From Pseudomonadota bacterium (lineage in GTDB: Archaea > Thermoplasmatota > SW-10-69-26 > JACQPN01 > JAJPHT01), in contig JAJPHT010000007.1 in NCBI GenBank assembly GCA_021325135.1, positions 1 through 64,000 on the forward strand: a DNA stretch of 64,000 nt. The letters run 5' to 3'. How positions within the stretch are numbered: the first letter of the stretch is position 1; each line of letters starts with the position of its first letter. The translations under genes and the position numbers were made by a program. Of this stretch, positions 19,211 to 29,481 are shown piece after piece. The notes beneath the pieces were generated by a model. The model did not search any database and had not been told where the DNA came from. It worked only from the letters and a program-made list of their open reading frames with translations.

Positions 19211-20935
19211 GTGCGAGACAAGGCGTTCGTCACCCTCCTGGCCGCCGTGACGATCCTGGTCGTGGTGCTGGGAGCCTTGGGCGTTCCGGAGCGGATGGCC
19301 GCGGGCCTCCTGGGCGACGTCGCGCCCCAGGCGGTCGAGGCGAAGGACCAGCTCTTCCAGGGCACCGTGGTGCTGGACACGCCCAACGGCACCTACCTGG
19401 CGACGGTGCTCTACGCGCGCGGCGAGGCCCAGGTGCGCGGCCTCGAGGCGGCCGTGAACCTGACCGAGAACGTCTCCCGGCTGCCGGCCGAGGTCGGCGA
19501 GCCGCTCCGCTCGACCATCTGCCAGCAGTACGACTGCAACGAGACGCGCCGCTCGGGGGACGACATCCTCGCGAACCTGAGCAGAGCATTGAGCACCTTG
19601 GGGAGCGAGGCCAAGGCGAAGCTCCTGGGCAACGCCACGGCGCAGGTCTCCTCGGGGGCCGACTTCATGCTCGTGGTGAAGGTCGTCCGGGCGGAGAAGC
19701 CCGAGGCCAGCGGCGCGATGCCGGAGACGGCCGCCGCCGTGGCGACGACGGGAAACCTGACCTACGATCTTTGCGGGCGGGCCAAGGCGAACGCCACGCC
19801 CGAAGCGGCCGCGCAGATGGTCTGCGTCGCGAATCCCCCGGCCCGGACGCTCCTGGCGTCGTGGAACCTGAGCCTCGCGCTCTACTCCAACCTCTCGCGG
19901 CCCGCCGACACGGCCGTGTTCGGTCCATTGTCCTGGAGGACCGCGCCAGAGAACGCCACCGTCGATCCCCGCGGCGTCCCCGGCTCGGGCGGCCCCTTTC
20001 TTCCGAAGGGCGCCAAGGGCTCTCTCTTCCTGCCCACCTCCGCGCTCCTCTGGGCCAGCGTCGGGATCCTCTCGGGGCTCGTCGTCAACCCGATCGCGCG
20101 GCGCGCGGGGTGGGACCCGTTCCTTCCCGTCCCGCTCCTGGCCGCGCTGCTGGGCCTCGGCATGCTGGTGGCGATCCACCATGGTCATCACGTGGGGCCC
20201 GCTTGGACGACGACGCTCCTCCTCTTCGCGCCCATCTATGCAGCCATCCTCCTCGTATACGCCGCAGGCGGCGCTTCGTTCTTCCACCTCTTCTCCGGAT
20301 GGCTGACCCTCGCGGGCCTCGCCGTCGGGGGCTATCTTCTCCTGCACGGCGTCCTCGACCTCTACGCCGCCTCGCCCACGGCGCTCATCGCGCGGCTCTA
20401 CGACGGCCCGGCCGTCACGGCGGACTTCGCCAAGGCCGCCACCGACGCTCTCGCCTGGGGTGGGACCCTCGTCGTCCTCGGCCTGCTCATCACGCTCGTG
20501 GGCTCGATCTGGGCGCCCCTGGAGCGGCTCTACGACCGGGCGAGCGCCCGGTGGGTCGGTCCCCGCCAGCGCGGACGGTCGTGGCCCGGCGAGGTGAGCC
20601 GCCTGCGCCGGCGCATCTCGCGACGCCGGTCCGAGCGCCGCACGCTCTTCGGCGTGCCGCGCTTCCTCCGCGACGTCAACGTCTTCCACCCCGGCTTCTG
20701 GGCGGAGGCCGCCGAGTGGAACCACATCCGGAGGAGCGCGCGCTACGCCAACCGCTACCGCCCTGGGCTCAAGCGGCGGTTCCTCCTCAAGCAGCGGCCC
20801 GGGGGCTTGGCCACGGCGGCGGAGGCGCGCACGCTGGAGCAGGACATCGTGCTCGTCAGCGACTACGTGGACGCGGTGCGCGCCACCCGCACCTTCCGCG
20901 GGCTCGTGCGCTCGCCCGGCGAGGCGTACCAGTAG
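19211..20935 (+). CDS. Membrane protein with glycosylated extracellular domain and basic cytoplasmic tail
   Basis: N-terminal TM, many N-x-S/T sequons, about 5 C-terminal TMs. Confidence 0.7.
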   Translation: MRDKAFVTLLAAVTILVVVLGALGVPERMAAGLLGDVAPQAVEAKDQLFQGTVVLDTPNGTYLATVLYARGEAQVRGLEAAVNLTENVSRLPAEVGEPLRSTICQQYDCNETRRSGDDILANLSRALSTLGSEAKAKLLGNATAQVSSGADFMLVVKVVRAEKPEASGAMPETAAAVATTGNLTYDLCGRAKANATPEAAAQMVCVANPPARTLLASWNLSLALYSNLSRPADTAVFGPLSWRTAPENATVDPRGVPGSGGPFLPKGAKGSLFLPTSALLWASVGILSGLVVNPIARRAGWDPFLPVPLLAALLGLGMLVAIHHGHHVGPAWTTTLLLFAPIYAAILLVYAAGGASFFHLFSGWLTLAGLAVGGYLLLHGVLDLYAASPTALIARLYDGPAVTADFAKAATDALAWGGTLVVLGLLITLVGSIWAPLERLYDRASARWVGPRQRGRSWPGEVSRLRRRISRRRSERRTLFGVPRFLRDVNVFHPGFWAEAAEWNHIRRSARYANRYRPGLKRRFLLKQRPGGLATAAEARTLEQDIVLVSDYVDAVRATRTFRGLVRSPGEAYQ

Positions 20936-20938
20936 GCG

Positions 20939-22876
20939 TCACGCCGGCGGCAGCTTCCTCTGCCCCGCCCGCACGCGGACCTCGGTCACGACGGATTTGT
21001 CGGGGAAGCGGGCGCGCAGGAAGTCCAGCACGGCCTGGTCCGTCGTCCAGACGCGCACCCAGTCGTCGGGCGCGCGCAGGCCGCGGCCCACCTGCTGGAG
21101 GAGCGTTCGCCGCGCGCAGTCCCTGGCGTAGCGCCAGAACGCGCCCTCGCCCACCTCGGGGCCGTACTTGTCGCAGAACTTCCGCTTGATGGCCTGGAGC
21201 TTGGGGTCGCTCACGTCGGGAAGCGGGAACTTGATGAGCACGAGGTCGCGGCAGAGGTCCCCCTTGAGGTCCACGCCGCGGTTCATGCGCGTGGAGGCGA
21301 TCTCGGAGGTCTCGCCCGCGAGGAAGCGCTCCAGCGTCTCGTCGCTCTCGCGCTCCTTCTCCAGGAGGCGCACGACCTTCTTGGCCGCCGCGCTCCAGCC
21401 CGCGATGCTCTCGAGATATCCTTTTCCGTGCACGACGTAGGCGGTGGGCCCCTTGGCGTGGCGCTGGATGAATGACAGCGCGCGGTCGAACCCCTCGCGC
21501 AGCGGCTGGCCGCCGGGGCCATACCACGCCTCCCAGCGCACCGGGACCGGGCCCGCGTCGCGGAGGCTCTCGTCGTCGGGCGTGCAGAGGAGGACCTTGC
21601 CCTGGTAGGCGGTCTCGCCCTGCACGACCACCGGGTTGCGGAAGCCGTACACGTCGCGCAGGATCGCGGGGTCCTGGAGCGTGGCGCTCATCCAGAGGCG
21701 GCGCGGGCCGCTCTTGGCCAGGAGCGAGCGGAGGATCACCTGCGGCTCGCCCACGGCCACGAGGAAGCGGTCCTCCTTCTTCGCGCACACGAGGGCCTCG
21801 GGGTGCTCCAGCGCGTCGCGGATCTGCCCGGCGCGCCGCGCCGGCTCGTCCCCCTCCATGCTCTCGTAGACGCGCGCGACGGCGGCCATCACCGCGACCG
21901 GAGGCTCCACGTCGCCTAGGACCGTCTTGTCCGCGAGGGCCTTGCGCGCCTCCTGGAGCTCCGCCACGATGGCCTTGTCGCGGACCGTGGGCTTCGCGTC
22001 GGGGTCATGGCGCGCCTTTTTTGATAGCGAGACGAAGCGACGCAGCAGGGTGTCGATCTCGTGCTCGGTGATCTCCACCGTGCTGCCCAGGGAGTCGAGG
22101 AAGTGGTCCGCCTCGTCGAAGACCTCGACGTCCAGGCGCGGCTTGCGGCCCAGCGTCGTCTCGGCCTCCCACTTGGCCTGGTTCATCACGATGGCGTCCG
22201 CGTCGCGGTAGGCCGCGTACTGCGCGAAGTAGGGGCACGGGCTCCCGCGGGGCACGAACACGTGCTCGTGGAAGAGCCCCTCGTAGGGCTGCGCGTGCTC
22301 GCCCACCTCCTGCTGGAAGGCCCATTCGGCCTCCGCGCCGTCGTGGAGGAACGTCTTCTCGGTGAGCTTCTCGGCGGATTCGGCCCGCAGCACCGGACTC
22401 CAGTCGGGGCACTTCAGGGCGCTGCGCCACCGCGGCGTCGCGCTGGGAAGCTCCTTGGTGCAGACGAGGTCCGGGGAAGCCGCGCTCTTGCCGTGGAACG
22501 AGCACGAGAAGTTCTTGCGCCCCTTCATCACGCGGATGCGCATGAGGCGCCCCTTGCGCGCGTGGCGGATGACGTAGCGCCCCTCGTAGTCGTCCGCGTA
22601 CTGGTCCTGGAGGTTCTTCGTGGGCACGACGACGATGCCGCGCCCCATGTTCGCGATGACGTGGAGCGCCACCAGCGACTTGCCGCTGCCCAGGTTGGCG
22701 TGGAAGAACACGTCCGAGGCGCCCTCGTCGAACGCGCGCACGACGTCCGCCACGACGTCCAGCTGCGAGGACCCGTTGGAGTACCGCCGAGGGCCCAGCT
22801 TCCGGCCCTCGGCGGTCTCCAGGCCCCAGAACGCCCGCTCCTGGGCTAGCAGCGAGCGGGTAGTGTCCGAGGGCAT
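20939..22876 (-). CDS. XPD/DinG-like SF2 helicase
   Basis: GSGKS, VVPTKNLQDQY, KGRKNFSC...CPY (Fe-S region), DEADH, SATL, RGVD..GD..R, QQVGRGLR..DD. Confidence 0.88.
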   Translation of the reverse strand: MPSDTTRSLLAQERAFWGLETAEGRKLGPRRYSNGSSQLDVVADVVRAFDEGASDVFFHANLGSGKSLVALHVIANMGRGIVVVPTKNLQDQYADDYEGRYVIRHARKGRLMRIRVMKGRKNFSCSFHGKSAASPDLVCTKELPSATPRWRSALKCPDWSPVLRAESAEKLTEKTFLHDGAEAEWAFQQEVGEHAQPYEGLFHEHVFVPRGSPCPYFAQYAAYRDADAIVMNQAKWEAETTLGRKPRLDVEVFDEADHFLDSLGSTVEITEHEIDTLLRRFVSLSKKARHDPDAKPTVRDKAIVAELQEARKALADKTVLGDVEPPVAVMAAVARVYESMEGDEPARRAGQIRDALEHPEALVCAKKEDRFLVAVGEPQVILRSLLAKSGPRRLWMSATLQDPAILRDVYGFRNPVVVQGETAYQGKVLLCTPDDESLRDAGPVPVRWEAWYGPGGQPLREGFDRALSFIQRHAKGPTAYVVHGKGYLESIAGWSAAAKKVVRLLEKERESDETLERFLAGETSEIASTRMNRGVDLKGDLCRDLVLIKFPLPDVSDPKLQAIKRKFCDKYGPEVGEGAFWRYARDCARRTLLQQVGRGLRAPDDWVRVWTTDQAVLDFLRARFPDKSVVTEVRVRAGQRKLPPA

Positions 22877-22924
22877 CCCATTCCGGGGGAGGCGGGCGGT
22901 CGGCTTAAGGAGAACGGGAATGCC

Positions 22925-23380
22925 TCAGGGGCGGGAGCCGTTCCGGTGGAGCGCGTGCGTCGTGCGTTTCGTCCTGAGCCGCGGCCCTCCGCGCCTCCAG
23001 GCCACCAGCGCCGCGACCAGCGAGAGGAGCGCCAGCACCAGGCTCGCGACGCCCACGGCCGCGACGTCCAGCCCCAGCGGGCTCGTCTCCAGGAGGCCGA
23101 TGGTCCGCGTCATGGCGAAGTCCACGCCCACGAGCAGGAGCCCGCAGGCCAGCGTCACGAGCGTCACGCCCAGGAAGGCGCCGAAGAGGCGCGCGCGGCG
23201 CATGCGGTTGAGGATCTCCGTCGCGATGGCGTTGGCCGCCACCGGGTCCTCCTTCCCCGCCCCCGCGAGGGCCTCCACGAGGTGGGCCGAGGGCATGCTG
23301 GCCAGCACGCGGTCGAAGCGCTCGCCTCCGCGGCGGCGCGAGTCCGCGCGGCGCCAGGTCCTCACGAAGCGCGTGTCCAC
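22925..23380 (-). CDS. Small membrane protein (2 TM)
   Basis: Two hydrophobic helices; start uncertain. Confidence 0.55.
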   Translation of the reverse strand: MDTRFVRTWRRADSRRRGGERFDRVLASMPSAHLVEALAGAGKEDPVAANAIATEILNRMRRARLFGAFLGVTLVTLACGLLLVGVDFAMTRTIGLLETSPLGLDVAAVGVASLVLALLSLVAALVAWRRGGPRLRTKRTTHALHRNGSRP

Positions 23381-23455
23381 GGGCCGGCTGGCCCGCCCAG
23401 ATGCATCACCGTGCCGGGGAGGGACCGGCCCCACGGGAGGCCGGTCGCCAGGCGC

Positions 23456-23812
23456 CTACGCGTAGCACTTCACGGTGCCGTTGGTGAACTCCTCGTAGAC
23501 GGGGCAGTCCGTGTCGCCCACGACGCAGAAGCGGAACTGGTGGTCGATGTCGCCGGTGTAGGGCGTGCACTCGTGGATCGACGTGCCCACGGCGGGGAGG
23601 CTCACGAGGCAGGTGCGCGTCTCGGTGACGCCGCTGACGTGCTTCTCGTAGATGGGGCAGGCGCTCCGGGTGCTCACGCAGAGGTAGTACCAGTTGTAGT
23701 CCGCGACGTAGGCGTACTCGACGCACGTGTCGCCCGCCTGGGCCCCCGCGGCGGGGAAGAGGAATGCGGCGGCCACGAGGGAAAAGGCGCTCAGAAGCAG
23801 GATGCGGGACAT
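23456..23812 (-). CDS. Small secreted Cys-rich protein with an internal two-fold repeat
   Basis: Signal peptide ending AQA; two C..Y..CV..CP[IV]YE..G..C units. Confidence 0.75.
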   Translation of the reverse strand: MSRILLLSAFSLVAAAFLFPAAGAQAGDTCVEYAYVADYNWYYLCVSTRSACPIYEKHVSGVTETRTCLVSLPAVGTSIHECTPYTGDIDHQFRFCVVGDTDCPVYEEFTNGTVKCYA

Positions 23813-23929
23813 TGCCAAGCCTCGCGGGGCCGAACCGGCGGGGCGGTCTTCAAGATTCTCTCTGAACGGGTCCACCCAGGCGCAACGTTGATCGTCCGCG
23901 TCGCGGCTTGGCGGGCCGGAGGCATCTCC

Positions 23930-24121
23930 TTGAACAAGACCCCCATCCTCATCCTGGCCCTGCTGCTCATCCCCGCCCTCGTCATCGCCACGCCCCCCGC
24001 CGCCGCGGTGGCGTGCAACCCGAGCTTCACGGGCATCTACGAGATCGACCACCCCGAGTACACTGCCTGCGTCGCCGGGCTCGGCGAGATCAACCGCCTC
24101 TGCCACAACTGCCTGGCGTGA
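23930..24121 (+). CDS. Small secreted 4-Cys peptide (63 aa)
   Basis: GGAGG 7 nt before TTG; signal peptide ending AAA; mature VACNPS...CHNCLA. Confidence 0.7.
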   Translation: MNKTPILILALLLIPALVIATPPAAAVACNPSFTGIYEIDHPEYTACVAGLGEINRLCHNCLA

Positions 24122-24144
24122 AGCGACTCCTTTTTTCTTTGATC

Positions 24145-24318
24145 CTACGCGGCGGCCCTTCGCGGTCGCCGCACCAGCTCTCCCTGGCAGTTCGGGCACA
24201 CGAAGGCGAAGCCCTTCGCGCACGCCTCGCACCAGGTGCACTCGTAGGAGCAGATGAACGCCACGCCCGCGACGGGGGTGGGCGCGCCGCAGCGCTCGCA
24301 GGAGGGGCGGTTTTCCAT
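24145..24318 (-). CDS. DUF1272 family Cys-rich protein
   Basis: RPSCERC...ICSYECTWC..C.....CPNCQGELVRRP. Confidence 0.85.
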   Translation of the reverse strand: MENRPSCERCGAPTPVAGVAFICSYECTWCEACAKGFAFVCPNCQGELVRRPRRAAA

Positions 24319-24326
24319 GGGGCGCC

Positions 24327-27300
24327 TCAGAAGAAGTCGCTCAGCTTCGCCTTCTTCACCCGGTCGTTGGTGAACACGCTGTCGATGGAGTCGGAGACGT
24401 GCTCGATGCGCTGCTGCACGTACTCGGAGACGTCGAAGCGCACGCAGACCTCCTTGGAGACCTCGAGGTACTTCTTCACCGACCCCTCGTGGACCGTCAT
24501 GGTGAGGTTCGCGTTGCCGCACTTGCGGCACTTGCCCGTGAGGGGGATGCGCCGGTACTTGGTGTTGCACTTGGTGCAGCGCATGGCCTGCTTGCTGAAC
24601 GCCTTGAGGTTGCCCATCATGTCGGGCTGGAAGTGGGAGCCGATGACGCGGGCCGCCACGTCGGGCGCGTCCACGGCGCGCAGCCGGGCAGCGAGCTCCA
24701 GCTGCGCGGTCATCTTGTCCATCATGCTGCCGATGGTCTTGTACGCCGAGAGCGGCGGGCCCTCCGCGATGTCGTGCGTGTCGTGCGTGAAGCCGAACCC
24801 CTCGTACTGGCTGGGCTTGCCGAGGCGCTTCGCCACCATGTCGACGAGCTTCTCCACGTCCTTGGGGCCCGGGTGCTTCATCGTAGCCTCGAAGAACTCC
24901 AGCGGGTAGGAGAACGCCGTGTCGACGTTGTGCGCCTCCTTGTCGACCTCGCTGGGGTCGAGGCGCATGGTGAGCGTGAGGGGCGCGTCCATGAGGCCGC
25001 CGCGGTTCGACGGGAGGTAGACGCGGCTGAAGTTCAGGAGGCCGTCGAGGAGCAGCATGACACAATCTTCGTCGCCGTCACAATTCCTCCTCTTGCTCGC
25101 GTGGAAGTACGGGTGCCCGTAGTGCCCCTGCGCGCGCGTGTGGCCGATGATGCGGCAGAGCACGCCGCCCGACGTGTGGGGCGCCAGCGCGACGAAGAGG
25201 TGCCCGTAGAGGTCCTCGATCCTCTTGCAGTTGTAGTAGGGCTTGTAGCCGTAGAGCTTCTGGAGCAGCTCGTCGACGTACTGCGACGCGCGCAGCATGT
25301 ATTCCAGGCACGAGGTGGAGACGATGATGTCCTGGACCTTGATCTCCAGCACCTGCTCGTCGCTCACCAGCGGCTCGCCGTGCGCGTCGAACAGATAGCC
25401 CAATTCCTTGAGCTTCTCCACGGAGACGTGCGCCTCGCGGGGCTTGAAGTGCGTGAGCGTGATGTTGATCATGTCGAAGCGGACCGTGGCGTCCTTGAAC
25501 GTGAACAGGTTGTGCTTGGCGCGCAGCAGGCCCTTCTCGATGGGCTCGGGGCTCTTGCTGCGCGAGATGAGGCCCTGCACGGCCTTCACGGTCTCGGGGG
25601 GCTCGTCCATCTTGAGGCGCTGCATCGCGGCCTCGACCAGGGACGCCACCTCGATGACGCGCGGCTCGATGCGCTCGCCCTCCTTGCGGCGCACCATCTC
25701 GGTGTGCGCGCCGCACTCGCAGCGGTACGCGACCTGGCGCTTCTTGCACGCGGGGCAGGCGCGCTCGCCCACCTCGATCTCGATCTTGTCGGTTTTCATG
25801 GCGTCGCCCAGGAGGCGCTGCGGGCCGCCGGCGATGCCGATGGGGAAGAGGAGGTGGACGGGCGGGTTCATCTTGCGCTCGGCGGCCTTCTCTGGGCGGC
25901 CCATGCGCGTGCCGATGCGGTACATGCCGCGCGGCCGGATCTTGACGCCCGAGAGGTGCGCGGCGTAGAGCGTGGGGCCCTCGGGGCCGCCCTCCAGCGC
26001 GATGCGGCGCGCGAGCTTGCCTTCTTTGATATCAAGGCCGAGCCCGCGCACGAGGGCGTAGGAATGCCGCCCGAAGCGCACGTCGTCGAAGGCGCTGTCG
26101 TTGAGCGCGCCAAGCTCAGTGACGACGTCGCGCAGCGTCCTCTTGGGCGCGACGGGCTCCGCGCTCTCCAGCGTCTTCTTGGGGAGGAGGAGCGCGTCCG
26201 CGTCCCAGCGGCCGTGCGCCTCCACGAAGCGCGAAAGGGCCTTGACGTCCTCGACCGACACGTCGTGCCAGAAGAGGTTGTACGCGGGGTGGAGCGGCGT
26301 GCCGGTGCGCTCCGCGAAGGCGAACGCCTCCTGCGCAGTGGGAAGATCGGGCGCCTTCTGGCCCGTGGCCTTCTCGACGACCTGCGCCCACCACTCGACG
26401 CACCACGGGCTCTGGGGGAGCGGCTTGTTGTTCTCCGCGAACTCGCCGTAGGGGACGAGGATCTCGCCCAGGTCCACCACCTGGCGGACGAGGGGCTTGA
26501 GCTGCTTGGCCTGCTTGTACGTCGAGACCTCGACGAGGCTGCCGTTGGCGAGGAGCACGATGGGCGGCTCGATGCTGTCGCAAGGCGTCGTGGCCGTGGC
26601 CTTGCCGGGGCGCTCGATCTTCATCTGCGTGCCCGGCGCCAGGAAGTCGTCGCAGAGCGCCATGGCCGCGGGGTGGATGGCCGTCGTGGCGAGCCCGCCC
26701 GTGCGAGCGCGTCCGTAGCGCAGCCGCCAGCCGCCCTTGCGCGAGGGGTGCGCGAAGACGGGGCGGCCCGCGATGAGATCCGCCATGAACTTGGGGTTGG
26801 GCTCCACCGCGCCGCGGGGCATCTCGGCGTCCTTGGCCCACGGGTCGGTGAACTTCTTGCCGCCGTGCGCCTCGTCCTTGCCGCCCCCGGCCGCCTTCTT
26901 CTTCACGTAGTCGATGACCTGGTCGATGAACTCCCAGCCGTCGAGCTTGAGCGCCTTCACGTTCTTCTGGATCTTGGGCGCCTTCTGCGTCATGCCTTCG
27001 GCGAGCACGAGGCACGCGCCGCCGCGGATCTGGTTCGTGGTGAGGCGCGGCAGGTCGCGGTTGCCGCCGATCTCCTCCTTCTCGGTGCCCTCCCCGTCGA
27101 TCATCACGGGGCAGGAGCGCATGATCAGCTCGATCTCCTCGTTGCTGGGCGTGTACTGGAGGTTCGCCGCGGCCTTGTAGGCGGGGATCTCCTCCTTCAT
27201 GCGGCCGATCTCCTTCTCGGTCGCGACGTACTTCCCGATGCCCAGCGCGCGGCGCACGACGTCCGCGATGAGCACGCTCAGCGCCTGGCCCGTGCCGCCC

Positions 27301-27845
27301 GCCGCCCGGATGGGGCCCGCGAAGACCAGCGCGCAGCAGTCGGTCCCGTCGTCGTTCTTCAGCAGCCGCACGCCCGCGATGCCTTCCAGGGGCGCCACCA
27401 GGATGCCCTCGGTGAGGATGGCAAGCCCCGTGCGCACCGCCTGGTCGAGGGCCTTCTCCTTGTCCTCGAAGGGGCCGAAGCGCCCGGCGGCGCACTCGTT
27501 GGCGACGATGAGGGAAAGCTCCTCGCGGTTCTTCTCCTTGGAAAGCTCGCGGATGCGCGCCGCGACGCCCTTGGGGCCGACCAATTCCTCCACGCGCGCG
27601 GCGAGGTCGATGGCGGGCGGGATCTCGACGCGCGTCTCGGGGTCGAACCCCTTCTCGCGGCAGAGGCGCGCCAGCTCGTACTCGCGGCGCATCCTCTGCT
27701 CCAGGCCCGCGAAGTAGCGCTCCATCTCCTCGGACGCGCCGCGGCCCGACGAGAGCGGGACCTCGGGCGGCTCGAAGTCGAAGTCCTCCGCGTCGTCCTC
27801 CTCGACCTCGGGGGCTTCGCCCGCCGCCTCGTCGAAATACCCCAC
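24327..27845 (-). CDS. polC: DNA polymerase D large subunit DP2
   Basis: FAGPIRAAGGT, LRYGRAR, RMGRPEKA, KRRNCDGDED, GGLMDAPL, C-terminal Zn finger and PIP-like LSDFF; no intein; GTG start. Confidence 0.98.
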   Translation of the reverse strand: MGYFDEAAGEAPEVEEDDAEDFDFEPPEVPLSSGRGASEEMERYFAGLEQRMRREYELARLCREKGFDPETRVEIPPAIDLAARVEELVGPKGVAARIRELSKEKNREELSLIVANECAAGRFGPFEDKEKALDQAVRTGLAILTEGILVAPLEGIAGVRLLKNDDGTDCCALVFAGPIRAAGGTGQALSVLIADVVRRALGIGKYVATEKEIGRMKEEIPAYKAAANLQYTPSNEEIELIMRSCPVMIDGEGTEKEEIGGNRDLPRLTTNQIRGGACLVLAEGMTQKAPKIQKNVKALKLDGWEFIDQVIDYVKKKAAGGGKDEAHGGKKFTDPWAKDAEMPRGAVEPNPKFMADLIAGRPVFAHPSRKGGWRLRYGRARTGGLATTAIHPAAMALCDDFLAPGTQMKIERPGKATATTPCDSIEPPIVLLANGSLVEVSTYKQAKQLKPLVRQVVDLGEILVPYGEFAENNKPLPQSPWCVEWWAQVVEKATGQKAPDLPTAQEAFAFAERTGTPLHPAYNLFWHDVSVEDVKALSRFVEAHGRWDADALLLPKKTLESAEPVAPKRTLRDVVTELGALNDSAFDDVRFGRHSYALVRGLGLDIKEGKLARRIALEGGPEGPTLYAAHLSGVKIRPRGMYRIGTRMGRPEKAAERKMNPPVHLLFPIGIAGGPQRLLGDAMKTDKIEIEVGERACPACKKRQVAYRCECGAHTEMVRRKEGERIEPRVIEVASLVEAAMQRLKMDEPPETVKAVQGLISRSKSPEPIEKGLLRAKHNLFTFKDATVRFDMINITLTHFKPREAHVSVEKLKELGYLFDAHGEPLVSDEQVLEIKVQDIIVSTSCLEYMLRASQYVDELLQKLYGYKPYYNCKRIEDLYGHLFVALAPHTSGGVLCRIIGHTRAQGHYGHPYFHASKRRNCDGDEDCVMLLLDGLLNFSRVYLPSNRGGLMDAPLTLTMRLDPSEVDKEAHNVDTAFSYPLEFFEATMKHPGPKDVEKLVDMVAKRLGKPSQYEGFGFTHDTHDIAEGPPLSAYKTIGSMMDKMTAQLELAARLRAVDAPDVAARVIGSHFQPDMMGNLKAFSKQAMRCTKCNTKYRRIPLTGKCRKCGNANLTMTVHEGSVKKYLEVSKEVCVRFDVSEYVQQRIEHVSDSIDSVFTNDRVKKAKLSDFF

Positions 27846-27876
27846 GGAGCCCAAGAGCGACCGGGTCGGGGGAGTT

Positions 27877-28026
27877 GGGGCGGGGTGAAAGGGGTTTCGG
27901 GAGGGCAGGGCGAACGAACCCCCGAGCCTCTCTTTCAGGTGGAGCCGCATGGCCGGGGAGAGGCACCTCCAGTGGAAGGAAGGGGGTTCAAACCTGCTCG
28001 GGAGGCGGCAACGCGGCCCCCGCCCC
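27877..28026. repeat. GC-rich nested fold-back element between divergent genes
   Basis: Termini ggggcgggg/ccccgcccc (same ends as the 4127 element); inner gaaccccc/gggggttc and gcctctc/gagaggc. Confidence 0.45.
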
Positions 28027-28079
28027 TGGGAAGCCTATAAGGCACCCCCGAGTAACGCCGGGGCCGGGAGGCCGTCCCC

Positions 28080-29414
28080 CTGAGAGCCTGGGCCTTGCTT
28101 GCCGTCGCCCTGCTGACCATGCCGTTCGTGGGCAGCGTCGCCCCTCTCCACGTGGCCCCCCTCTCGCCAGCCCCGCCGCCCACCGATCTCCCCGACGGCA
28201 AGCTGGTCCGTCTCCTCGCGCTGCACGAGGGAATCCCCGTGCGCCACGCCGCGCCCCTCGTCGTCGTGCCGCCGGACGCCAACGTCCCCGCCCTCGTCCT
28301 CAAGCTGGGCGCCCGCGCCGGGCTCGACCCCCACCCGCAGGACGCCGCCGCCTTCGCGACCCTCGACCCCCGCGTCGCGGCCCCCGTCGCTACGATCCTC
28401 GTCGCCGTCGACCGCGCCTGGGACCTCACCGACGCCGCCTTCGCGAAGCTCACCCCCGCCGACCGCGCCACCCTCCTCGCCCTCGCCCAGGAAGGGCGCT
28501 ATCACGACCCCCAGTTCCTGCGCCTCGACGCCCTCGTGGACAAGGCCGCCCTCGTCGACGCCGCCATCCTCCTCCTCGACGCCGTGGAAGGCGCCGCCAT
28601 CCCCGCCCTCCAGCAGGCCATCGCCGCCGGCGCCTGGCCCCCCGCAGGCGCCTGGGACCCGGTGGGCGTGCTCCGGCTCGGCTCCACCGGGAACGACACC
28701 GAATCCACCGACCGCATCGTCCAGATCGACCCCTCGGGCGACGACACCTACCTCAACAACGCGGGCGGCACCACGATCCTGGAGCGGGTCTCCCCTCCGA
28801 AGCCGGGCTATCAAGTCGCGCTGAGCCTCGACTTCGGGGGGAACGACCGGTACGACAACCTCGCCTATCCCTCCCAGGGGAGCGGGGCGTTCGGCGTGGG
28901 CGTGCTGGAGGATCTGGCGGGGGAGGATGAGTACCGGTGCGACATGTATTGCGAGGGCGCCTCCAACAATGGGGTTGGGGTGTTGAGGGACTACGGGGGG
29001 GACGACAGCTACGATGCAGGGGACCGGGCGATCGGCTTCGGTGGCGGCATTGGGGTCGCCCGCGATGATGCGGGCAACGACTCGTACCTCGTTTCGGGCG
29101 AGGCTGGGGGAAACAGCGCTAGACTTGGGTCAGTCGGACTACTTTGGGATCAAGCGGGTACTGACTCGTACCGCGGCCGTTTTGACGACGTTGAAATCTA
29201 TGGTTTCTCGTCAAACGGCGGAGATGGATGGTTAGTGGACGAAGGTCCAGAAACCGACGTCTACGCACTTCCTCATGATCCCCTCCCTCACGCATGCAAC
29301 GATTGCAAATGGCGGGCGGGAATTTCCTCGGCTATCGATAATAGACCGCATGGAATCGGTCTGGATCATCACGGAAGCCTGGGCGATCTTCTTACAGAAG
29401 CATATCTCAACTAA
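28080..29414 (+). CDS. Secreted protein with D..G.D.Y glycine-rich repeats
   Basis: Signal peptide; repeats DPSGDDTY, DFGGNDRY, DLAGEDEY, DYGGDDSY, DDAGNDSY, DQAGTDSY; start CTG 28080 or TTG 28095. Confidence 0.75.
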   Translation: MRAWALLAVALLTMPFVGSVAPLHVAPLSPAPPPTDLPDGKLVRLLALHEGIPVRHAAPLVVVPPDANVPALVLKLGARAGLDPHPQDAAAFATLDPRVAAPVATILVAVDRAWDLTDAAFAKLTPADRATLLALAQEGRYHDPQFLRLDALVDKAALVDAAILLLDAVEGAAIPALQQAIAAGAWPPAGAWDPVGVLRLGSTGNDTESTDRIVQIDPSGDDTYLNNAGGTTILERVSPPKPGYQVALSLDFGGNDRYDNLAYPSQGSGAFGVGVLEDLAGEDEYRCDMYCEGASNNGVGVLRDYGGDDSYDAGDRAIGFGGGIGVARDDAGNDSYLVSGEAGGNSARLGSVGLLWDQAGTDSYRGRFDDVEIYGFSSNGGDGWLVDEGPETDVYALPHDPLPHACNDCKWRAGISSAIDNRPHGIGLDHHGSLGDLLTEAYLN

Positions 29415-29481
29415 CGGTGGCCCTGGTCCTCGCGTCCGGAGCCGACGACTTTTCAAGGTGCGTTAGCCAGGGAAGCCCCGC

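Noticed and set aside
25060-25110. Intein in DP2 at the usual RRN/CDGDED site
   Set aside because: The motif KRRNCDGDED is contiguous and the protein length is normal
27980-28000. GGTTCAAA resembling a tRNA T-loop
   Set aside because: No cloverleaf, D-arm or acceptor stem around it
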